Assembly: GCF_006345805.1 (NCBI RefSeq) | Contig: NW_021828778.1 | Span: forward strand, 1 to 7,731 | Length of the DNA: 7,731 nt | Origin: Octopus sinensis | Taxonomy: Eukaryota | Direction of reading: 5' to 3' | In this document: in pieces, positions 1 to 7,578 of the stretch | Layout of the letters: every line of letters starts with the position of its first letter | Numbering within the stretch: position 1 is the stretch's first letter | The notes under the pieces: model-generated | Told to the model about the DNA's origin: nothing | Databases searched by the model: none | The model's input: only the letters and a program-made list of their open reading frames with translations | Position numbers and translations under genes: made by a program

Positions 1-875
1 AGGGCATCCATAATTGCTCGGTCGTTTTAGGATTTTGGCTTTCGAATGTTCTCCAAGAATCCACACATTTTCAATAGGATTGAGATCTGGGCTTTGAGCA
101 GGCTAATCCATAATGATAATCTTTTCAGCTTTGAGGAAGTTCATGACCACCTTAGCCTTGTGACATGGGACTTTGTCCTGCATGAATATGGGTGGTCGCT
201 TAGTTGAATTTCTCAGCACAGGCAAGACATGATCTTTTACAAGTTGTTTATAAACCCTGCATTACCTTTCCGTGTAATCGCACCAAAGAGCCACACCATC
301 TCCAGATATCATCCTCCAAACCATGACACTTCCTCCACCGAATTAACACGTCTTAAGGCATTTAGGCGACAATTTTTCACCTACTTTTCCCATCTGAGTC
401 AAATAACATAAACTTAGATTCATCACTGAAATGCACCGTTTGCCCTTTTTCTTGAGACCACAACACATGTTCGGTTGCAAAGGTAAGACGACACTTTTTA
501 TTCTTGGAGCTGATCAGTGGCACTGCAGGTGCTCTTGCTTGTAGGTCATGTTCAACTAAACGACGAGACACAGTTTTTCGAGATAAAGTTTTCTTCAGTA
601 CAATGCTCATTTCCCCCAGAAATAGCAGCAGCAGTTTTAAATCTGTCTTTTTTAACCAACTTTACCATAGCACAATCTTCTCTCTTGGTCGTTTTTCTTG
701 GCCTACCTGTAGACTTTCTTGCTTCACACGAACCACAATCATGGAAGACCTTAAGAATACCATGAACAACACTTTTCGACTTGTTAACAATCTTTGCAAT
801 AGACCCAATACTTAAATTATCCTTCTTTCGAAGCTTAATAATCTGCTCACGAATTGGTAACGGAGTAAGTGGCAT
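1..875 (-). pseudogene. Tc1-like transposase pseudogene
   Basis: ATG at 875-873 (MPLTPLPIREQIIKLRKK). Catalytic D at 422-424, D at 175-177 and E at 70-72, with exactly 34 residues between the last two. Inactivating lesions: +1 frameshift in the C5 run at 613-617, a deletion/frameshift after DGK (about 380-390), further frameshifts at about 255-295, and TAG at 103-105 replacing the W of the conserved WP motif. Confidence 0.92.
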
Positions 876-998
876 TATATTAACAAAGTACACTGCAGAT
901 ATTCTTACTAATGTTTAGTAAACGAACAATCACGTAAACAAATTCAAAACATTAGAGTTCGCCGGTTAAATATACTAAAACACGGAGTAAAAGCAACC

Positions 999-1022
999 GT
1001 TCTGATCATTTTGGCCGCCATG
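999..1022 (-). repeat. Putative Tc1 terminal or inner transposase-binding repeat
   Basis: Minus strand reads CATGGCGGCCAAAATGATCAGAAC, resembling CA(G/C)TG..GGCCAAAA-type Tc1 ends, about 125 bp upstream of the ATG. It is not flanked by TA and the partner end lies outside the window. Confidence 0.4.
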
Positions 1023-1089
1023 GGTTTTGCAGTAAACCACTAAATCATCCATAACTTTTGTATTATCCTCTCAAATTACACCAAAATCT

Positions 1090-1124
1090 CAGACAATAAC
1101 AATTAATATTGTATTTATTGTCTG
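1090..1124. repeat. Short inverted repeat (10-bp perfect arms, 15-nt AT-rich spacer)
   Basis: cagacaataa (1090-1099) is the exact reverse complement of ttattgtctg (1115-1124). Confidence 0.7.
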
Positions 1125-1140
1125 TGAAAATTATAGGCTA

Positions 1141-1183
1141 AGTCGACCTCGGCGAAATTGGAACTCAGACCATGAAGACAGAC
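1141..1183 (-). mobile_element. Short fragment of a tRNA-derived SINE head
   Basis: Minus strand reads gtctgtcttcatggtctgagttccaatttcgccgaggtcgact, with a B-box-like GAGTTCCAATTTC. It resembles an octopus SINE I recall (gttctgagttcaaattccgccgaggtcgact); this is from memory, not a search. Confidence 0.4.
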
Positions 1184-1184
1184 A

Positions 1185-1237
<53 letters not shown>
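1185..1237. repeat. (TA)n microsatellite
   Basis: Near-perfect TA dinucleotide run with one interruption at about 1193. Confidence 0.98.
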
Positions 1238-1239
<2 letters not shown>

Positions 1240-1416
1240 AGACTCATTGCTTAGTAGTTTGAGTGTTGGACTCATGATCATAAGATTGTGGGTTCGATTC
1301 TTGGATCAGACGACGCATTATGTAAGAATAATCCTGTGAGGGACTAGTGTCCCATCCAGGTGGGGAATTTACACACCATGGAAACCGACCGTTATGAGTC
1401 TATATGACACAGGAAC
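1238..1416 (+). mobile_element. Degenerate tRNA-derived SINE, probably internally deleted; different family from the 3920/5864 copies
   Basis: A-box-like TGCTTAGTAG (1248-1257) and B-box GGTTCGATTC (1291-1300) at tRNA-like spacing. They are followed by aatcctgtgagggactagtgtcccatccagg, similar to the cctgcgatggact..cgtcccgtccagg motif widespread in metazoan SINE bodies and tails. Confidence 0.65.
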
Positions 1417-2301
1417 GTGTTTTATTCTCTAATGTATACAAACAGGATTCACTGGTTGTGATAAAGAAGTTCACTCCAACCACATGGAAACGAGTTCGGT
1501 CCCAATGCGCGAAACCTAGACTGCCTTCTAAATTTGCTCCTAGCCGACCAATACGTTGAGCGTATTTTGTAGATGGAAACTAAGCAGAAGCCCATAGCAA
1601 CAACACGCGCGCACGCGTTTTCTCACCTGTTGTTTCACAAATGAGAGACGCAGACGTTTCCACCGTTAAGGGGCCCCGTGACATGTATTCCCGCATGTTT
1701 CTCTCCCCTGACTGACTAATTTATACTGGTCCCACGTGTTTGTATGTTGGACCCACCTGTTACCCTCACAGGGTATATTCTAATATATTTACAAAACCAC
1801 ATGACACAAAACACGTAAATGACTGCTGTTTCTAGCAGATAGCGTAACCGTTTAGAGGCTCTCAGTTGGTTTTGCCAGTTGCCTGTTGTTGTTCTCTTTC
1901 TCTTAAGACAGAAGCTGATAATTTGAAGGAGATTTGGCTATCATTTCTAGCATTCCGACCGACAACCAAATACGTTTTGATGGTGACCAATCAAAGCTTT
2001 CCCCTGTTTTACCTTTTTTTGCCCTTTCGTTACCAACCCGGCTGAAACCGGCTCTGGCTCTGTTGTACAAATGTCTTGTTTTCATAAGGTTTGAATTAAA
2101 ATCATCCACCAAACCTTAGTCACAATTTATGTTCCTAACGCTAGCTTAATGATAACGAAGTTATTTTACTAAATTCTTTGTTACATTTAAAGTAATTGAA
2201 AGAAACACTGAGCATCTCAAAATAAATACAGTAATGAAAGGGTTAAATGTATCTAGGACTACGTTATTCATTATGAACCCTTTTCTGGAGACAATAACAG
2301 A

Positions 2302-2494
2302 TTAGGGGAGAGACTTGACTGCTATTTCTAACTTGTTAGAACGACCACGTTGAGGTGACTTCATCGGTTCTTCGTTGGACTGTGTCATTTGTTGTGCCAA
2401 AGAAAACATTTCCTTAATTCTAAAGAGGCGTCGCACCAGAAGTGAAGCAGAAGCGATTGAAAGACTCGATAATTGCAGGACAGAATGAAGAACT
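2302..2494 (-). CDS. Candidate terminal coding exon of an unidentified host gene (unverified)
   Basis: On the minus strand a strong polypyrimidine tract plus CAG (tttcttttcttccattctcttcag, ending at 2495) is followed by one base, 63 open codons (VLHSVLQLSSLSIASASLLVRRLFRIKEMFSLAQQMTQSNEEPMKSPQRGRSNKLEIAVKSLP) and TAA at 2304-2302. No protein family is recognised. Confidence 0.25.
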
Positions 2495-2660
2495 CTGAAG
2501 AGAATGGAAGAAAAGAAATGCCATTTCGTACAGTAGACTGGCAGAGTTGTTGCGAATCAAAGCAAATCACAAACTTCGGTTAGAATGGTCTCCTGTAATC
2601 ATTTGTGTGGGAGGTGGAAGCTGGAAGAATGAGAAAACGGCGGCGAGGAAGCTAATTTGG

Positions 2661-2672
2661 AGAGAAAGACAA

Positions 2673-2707
<35 letters not shown>

Positions 2708-2748
2708 CAGAGAGAGAGAGGCAGAGACAGAGAGAGAGAGACAGAGAC

Positions 2749-2801
<53 letters not shown>

Positions 2802-2926
2802 CAGAGAGAGACAGAGACAGAGACAGAGACAGACAGAGACAGAGACAGAGAGAGAGAGAGACAGAGAGACAGAGACACAGAGAGAGACAGAGACAGAGAC
2901 AGAGAGACAGAGACAGAGACAGAGAC

Positions 2927-2981
<55 letters not shown>

Positions 2982-3022
2982 CAGAGACAGAGAGAGAGAG
3001 AGAGAGACAGAGAGACAGAGAC

Positions 3023-3064
<42 letters not shown>
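2661..3064. repeat. Compound (GA)n/(GAGACA)n microsatellite array
   Basis: About 400 bp made almost entirely of GA and GAGACA units. It is the source of the RE/RD/ET-rich and SL/VS-rich pseudo-ORFs. Confidence 0.98.
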
Positions 3065-3065
<1 letters not shown>

Positions 3066-3293
3066 AGCAGAAAATGAACGTTCTAGAATCAGAGAGAAAG
3101 AAAGGGGAGAGAGAGGGAGAGTGGGGAGAGAGAGAGTGTGTGTGTTAAAGAGAGGGTGTATCAGGGATGGAGAATAATGGATCAGAAAGAGAGAATAGGA
3201 AGAGAGCGTGACATAAGGTTGCATACGATAAAGAGAGACAAACCTGGCGTGTCAAAGAGGAGGGGATAAAATGAGGGTTTGACAGAAAGAGGG

Positions 3294-3335
3294 AGAGAGA
3301 GGGGGGAACTAGATAGAGAGAGGGGGGAACTAGAT
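3294..3335. repeat. 21-bp tandem duplication
   Basis: agagagaggggggaactagat occurs at 3294-3314 and again at 3315-3335. Confidence 0.9.
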
Positions 3336-3366
3336 AGATAGGGAGAGAGAGGACCTGATATATCAA

Positions 3367-3385
3367 GTGTGTGTGTGTGTGTGTG
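3367..3385. repeat. (GT)n microsatellite
   Basis: Perfect short dinucleotide run. Confidence 0.9.
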
Positions 3386-3583
3386 GCAATTACATGATTA
3401 AAAGTCTCGTTGATTTGTCGAAAATATTTTCTACGTGAGAAGCGATTAAGAAGAAGGTTCAACCGAAGTGAAAAGGATCAAATTTAAGGCAAAGAATAAT
3501 GTAGAGTGGTAGGGAGAGCAGTATTTGTAGAGGGAGGTACGACTGATAGAGAGGGAGGGAGGGCACAGGAAAATAGAAATCAG

Positions 3584-3752
3584 ACACACACACACACACA
3601 CACACACTTACACACACACACACACATACACACACACACATACACACACATACATACATACACAAACCAACAAACACAAATACACACACACACACACATA
3701 CACACACACACACATACACACACACATACACACACACACACACATACACACA
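3584..3752. repeat. Compound (CA)n/(CATA)n microsatellite
   Basis: CA run interrupted by TA units and one acaaaccaacaaacacaaa island. Confidence 0.98.
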
Positions 3753-3919
3753 ATATTGTATTTCTGGTACACAGATGTTCACAGAAGTCTGTCATCACGC
3801 AAAGCTTTCGTCAGCGAACTGAAAAGAGAATGGTGAATGTGTGTGTTCTGTCTGTACACAGTTCCAGATACAAGAGAAAGAAAAACAAAAACAACAACAC
3901 ACAACGATGATATATCATA

Positions 3920-4324
3920 GGCGCAGGAGTGGCTGTGTGGTAAGTAGCTTGCTAACCAACCACATGGTTCCGGGTTCAGTCCCACTGCGTGGCATCTTGG
4001 GCAAGGTCTTCTGCTATAGCCCCGGGCCGACCAAAGCCTTGTGAGTGGATGTTGGTAGACGGAAACTGAAAGAGCCGTCGTATATATGTATATATATATA
4101 TATGCGTGTGTGTGTTTGTGTGTCTGTGTTTGTACCCCTAGCATTGCTTAACAACCGATGCTGGTGGTGTTACGTCCCCGTTACTTAGCGGTTCGGCAAA
4201 AGAGACCGATAGAATAAGTACTGGGCTTACAAAGAATAAGTCCCGGGGTCGATTTGCTCGACTAAAGGCGGTGCTCCAGCATGGCCGCAGTCAAATGACT
4301 GAAACAAGTAAAAGAGTAAGAGTA
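3920..4324 (+). mobile_element. Full-length tRNA-derived SINE, octopus-type (copy A)
   Basis: A-box-like TGGCTGTGTGG (3930-3940), B-box-like GGTTCAGTCCC (3973-3983), a body starting cttgggcaag, an internal (TA)n(TG)n tract at about 4081-4132, and a 3' end ggcggtgctccagcatggccgcagtcaaatgactgaaacaagtaaaagagta with a short tandem tail. It aligns end to end with the copy at 5864-6262. Confidence 0.9.
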
Positions 4325-4479
4325 TATATACAAGAACAACTGAAATATACGGAACTCAAAAATAAGTTCAATTTACTACAGAGAGACCGAAAAAAAAAAC
4401 GCACCCAAGTTTGCGAGATGCTCAAATGATTTGGTGACGAGACTTGTAGGAACATTATGTGACCAGAGATTGAGAGATA

Positions 4480-4485
4480 GTGTAT

Positions 4486-4523
<38 letters not shown>

Positions 4524-5508
4524 TGTGAATGTGTGTGTGTATGTGTGTGTAGTGTGTAGTAGTGTGTGTGTGTGTATGTGTGTAGTTGGTATGTATGTGT
4601 GTATGTGTGTGTGTGTATGTGTGTGTGTATGTGTGGTGTGTGTGTGTATGTGTGTGTGTGTGTGGTGTTGTATGTGTATGTGTATGTGTGTGTATGTGTG
4701 TGTGTATGTGTGTGTGTATGTGTGTGTAGTATGTGTGTGTGTGTACGTGTGTGTGTATGTGTGTGTGTATGTGTGTGTGTATGTGTGTTTGTGTTTGTTT
4801 GTTTGTGTATGTATATGTGTGTGTGTGTATGTGTGTGTGTATGTGTATGTGTGTGTGTATGTGTGTGTATATGTATGTATGTGTGTGTATGTGTGTGTGT
4901 ATGTGTGTGTGTAGTATGTATGTGTGTGTGTATGTGTATGTGTATGTGTGTGTATGTGTGTGTCTATGTGTGTGTGTATGTGTGTGTAGTATGTGTGTGT
5001 GTGTACGTGTGTGTGTATGTGTGTGTGTATGTGTGTGTTATGTGTGTTTGTGTTTGTTGTTTGTGTATGTATATGTGTGTGTGTGTATTGTGTGTGTGTA
5101 TGTGTATGTGTGTGGTATGTGTGTGTATATGTATGTATGTGTGTGTATGTGTGTGTGTATGTGTGTGTGTAGTATGTATGTGTGTGTGTATGTGTATGTG
5201 TATGTGTGTGTATGTGTGTGTCTATGTGTGTGTGTATGTGTGTGTAGTATGTGTGTGTGTGTACGTGTGTGTGTATGTGTGTGTGTGTATGTGTGTGTGT
5301 GTGTGTGTTTGTGTTTGTTTGTTTGTGTATGTATATGTGTGTGTGTGTATGTGTGTGTGTATGTGTATGTATGTGTGTGTATGTGTGTGTATATGTATGT
5401 ATGTGTGTGTATGTGTGTGTGTATGTGTGTGTGTAGTATGTATGTGTGTGTGTATGTGTGTGTGTGTGTGTATGTGTATGTATGTGTGTGTGTGTGCGTG
5501 TGTGTGTA
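4480..5508. repeat. About 1-kb compound (TG)n/(TATG)n array containing a ~259-bp higher-order repeat (about 3 copies)
   Basis: Almost pure TG/TA. Rare interruptions recur at fixed spacing, for example the C of tacg at 4746, 5006 and 5264. Confidence 0.97.
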
Positions 5509-5622
5509 CAGGCGCTGACACAAACATAGAAATAGAGGAAGAAACCGGGAAACCGAGAAGAGAGAATTGCTTTCACGTCAGATCTAATTAAGATTGAAGA
5601 ATTTGTGGTATATCTCTCTTTC

Positions 5623-5646
5623 TAGATAGATAGATAGATAGACGCG

Positions 5647-5672
<26 letters not shown>
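5623..5672. repeat. (TAGA)n followed by (CA)n microsatellite
   Basis: TAGA x5 at 5623-5642 and CA x13 at 5647-5672. The CA run sits where the internal microsatellite of the adjacent inverted SINE is expected. Confidence 0.95.
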
Positions 5673-5674
<2 letters not shown>

Positions 5675-5677
<3 letters not shown>

Positions 5678-5828
5678 GGTCGTCTTTTAGTTTTGTCTAC
5701 CAGATCCGCTGACAAGGCTTTGATTGGCCCAAGGCTATAGAAGACACCTGCCCAACGTGTTACGCCATGGGATTGAAACCGGAACTATGTGGCTGGGATC
5801 AAGCCCCTTACCCAACAGTCACATCTGG
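5675..5828 (-). mobile_element. Older, diverged 5' half of the same SINE family (copy C), inverted
   Basis: The reverse complement (gactgttgggtaaggggcttgatcccagccacatagttccggtttcaatcccatggcgtaacacgttgggcaggtgtcttctatagcc...) aligns to the first ~150 nt of copies A and B at roughly 75% identity by hand alignment. Confidence 0.85.
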
Positions 5829-5863
5829 ACTAAAACTTGAATAAGAAAAAAACAAAACAAAAA

Positions 5864-6262
5864 GGCTGTGTGGTAAGTAGCTTGTTTACCAACCACATGG
5901 TTCCGGTTTCAGTCCCACTGCGTGACACCTTGGGCAAGTGTCTTCTGCTATAGCCCCGGGCCGACCAATGCCTTGTGAGTGGATTTAGTAGACGGAAACT
6001 GAAAGAAGCCTGTCGTATATATGTATATATATATATGTGTGTGTGTGTTTGTGTGTCTGTGTTTGTCCCCCTAGCATTGCTTGACAACCGATGCTGGTGT
6101 GTTTAGGTCCCCGTTACTTAGCGGTTCGGCAAAAGAGACCGATAGAATAAGTACTGGGCTTACAAAAGAATAAGTCCCGAGGTCGAGTTGCTCGATTAAA
6201 GGCGGTGCTCCAGCATGGCCGCAGTCAAATGACTGAAACAAGTAAAAGAGTAAAAGAGAGTA
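5864..6262 (+). mobile_element. Near-full-length SINE of the same family (copy B), lacking about 11 nt at the 5' end
   Basis: Collinear with 3931-4324, with about 20-25 differences over ~390 nt by hand count. It has the same internal (TA)n(TG)n tract and gtaaaaga tail. Confidence 0.9.
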
Positions 6263-6337
6263 ACCAATGCTAGAAATAATTCTCAAGAATCCTCAAATTA
6301 CACCCGGTTTACCGTCTTCTAGGAAGGACACGGGATT

Positions 6338-6425
6338 CAGCGTCTTTCAAACTCTTTTGTCGCGACCCGTTTTATTTATCTCGCAACCCACTGAAGGGTC
6401 GGGACCTATAGTGTGAAAAATGCTG
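6338..6425. mobile_element. 88-bp non-autonomous hAT-type MITE
   Basis: Left end cagcgtctttcaaactcttttgtcgcgaccc matches the reverse complement of the right end, cagcatttttcacactataggtcccgaccc. CAG-initiated TIRs with subterminal gcgaccc motifs are typical of small hAT (Charlie-like) elements. The 8-bp TSD is not cleanly preserved. Confidence 0.6.
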
Positions 6426-6722
6426 CATTAGATTATATATTTCTCGTCGAGATGGTCACGGATGGAATATCTTTCTTAAATGGTCTGTTTGATAAGAGCA
6501 AATATTGGAGTTACAAAAATAATCACCTTCCTCTTTCTTACCCTCTCTGACTGCTACCTCCTCCTCTCTTAATATATTACTCCCTTTTTCTCTCCCTCTT
6601 TCACATACACCCTCACTCCCTTTTCCTCTCTGTCAACCCCATAAACCCCCTCCCGACCACTTAATTCCAATCTCTGTTGATTTATTTTTCTTGATTTATC
6701 TTTTGACATTAATTTCCCCTCT

Positions 6723-6782
6723 CTCTCCTTGCTCCTCTGTGACTCTTTTCTCTCCTTGCTCCTCTGTGACTCTTTTCTCTCC
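6723..6782. repeat. 27-bp tandem repeat (2.2 copies) within a CT-rich tract
   Basis: ctctccttgctcctctgtgactctttt occurs at 6723-6749 and 6750-6776, with a partial third copy. Confidence 0.92.
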
Positions 6783-7520
6783 CCTTCTCTTTCTCTTGCT
6801 TTTATTCACCCTCCTCACCAATTCTGTTCCTCCCGATTTCATTCCCAGCCTCTTCCCGCCTTCATGTCCGTCTCTCCGATCGCTTCTTCCCTTCCTTTTC
6901 TCATCCGACGAGACAACACTCCCAGCTCCCACCTCATTCTGTCTACAATACTGGACGAGCAACACTAAATCTCTGTGCGTGTGCATCCATCTTTCACCGT
7001 TGCCTTCGCTGTCCGATCTCGCTCGTTCCATGTAATTCCCTGACGTGATGACTGCATCATTCGTTTCGGCCGACATTTAATCCACTTTTGTTAACTTCTC
7101 GCTCCGAAATCAACAACAACAATGTCGACAACGAAGACAACAACAATTCTTGACACTAGAATCAACGATAGCATCGCCATTATCCACAACAATAGCAGCA
7201 ACGTTCCAGCTGTGAACATCCTGGTCATACTCAAATATGGCCAGACTATGACCTCATCTAATGTATCCTCCGCTTTTCGAGGCGTTGAAGGTGGGATCTG
7301 GGAGAGATTTCGGTGACCGATCTAGCTTTATCATACACCCATGTAGAGACGTCCCCGTTTGGCTTGCAGACAACGAGGTTGAATATTCCAAGGATACTTA
7401 GCGGAGGTGGGGAAATGGGGGGGGGGAGGTGATTAGTTCACGGACCCTTTTTATTTCCGATATATTTTAATATATCATAGCAACGGTAAAAATTGACATA
7501 CAAAGTCTGAAGACATATTT

Positions 7521-7542
7521 ATATATGCACACACACACACAC

Positions 7543-7573
<31 letters not shown>

Positions 7574-7578
7574 GATAT
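7521..7578. repeat. Palindromic microsatellite (CA)8-TA-(TG)13 with complementary flanks
   Basis: 7528-7561 is a perfect 34-bp palindrome centred on catatg. The flanks atatatgca and tgcagatat are complementary at 8 of 9 positions. Confidence 0.9.

Larger units (their letters stand above)
1..1024 (-). mobile_element. Degenerate Tc1-family (IS630-Tc1-mariner, DD34E) DNA transposon, truncated by the left window edge; upstream boundary uncertain (may extend to about 1133)
   Basis: Minus-strand translation across frames gives an N-terminal HTH region with GRPRKTT, then SRKTVSRRL, FSDESKF, FGGGSVMVW, FMQD..PCH and PAQSPDLNPIENVW, all hallmark Tc1 transposase motifs. Confidence 0.92.

Noticed and set aside
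229-815. Plus-strand ORFs 229-411, 504-815 and 517-765
   Set aside because: Antisense shadows of the Tc1 transposase pseudogene.
1238-1310. tRNA-like sequences here and at 3920-3990 and 5864-5925
   Set aside because: A and B boxes are present, but I could not build a convincing cloverleaf and they continue into SINE bodies, so they are not called tRNA genes.
1500-2000. Promoter-like motifs (CACGTG near 1733, GACCAATCA at 1985-1993, a CG-rich run at about 1604-1618)
   Set aside because: Short motifs like these occur by chance, and there is no linked transcription start or gene.
1903-2119. Overlapping ORFs 1903-2112 (-) and 1934-2119 (+), and a possible plus-strand exon 1908-2045 with AATAAA at 2221
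   Set aside because: Short, non-ATG starts, no recognisable motif, and mutually conflicting. The signals are within chance expectation.
2547-3224. Long RE/RD/ET-rich and SL/VS-rich ORFs on both strands
   Set aside because: Direct translations of the (GA)n/(GAGACA)n array, which lacks stop codons by composition.
3459-5591. HT-rich and VC/YV-rich ORFs up to 373 aa
   Set aside because: Translations of CA and TG microsatellites, with no coding complexity.
3920-6262. Copies A and B as LTRs of a retroelement or arms of a composite transposon
   Set aside because: No TG...CA ends, PBS, PPT, internal coding sequence or shared TSD. The Pol III boxes and tail indicate SINEs.
3779-6286. Similar minus-strand ORFs 3779-4144 and 5830-6087 (shared LTRxWSARGYSRR), and ORF 6071-6286
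   Set aside because: Antisense translations of SINE copies A and B; the similarity reflects the repeat, not a gene family.
2661-6900. Nested compositional mirror: GA-rich then CA tracts on the left, TG then CT-rich tracts on the right
   Set aside because: The GA-rich and CT-rich tracts show no specific sequence complementarity, and low-complexity strand bias explains the pattern.
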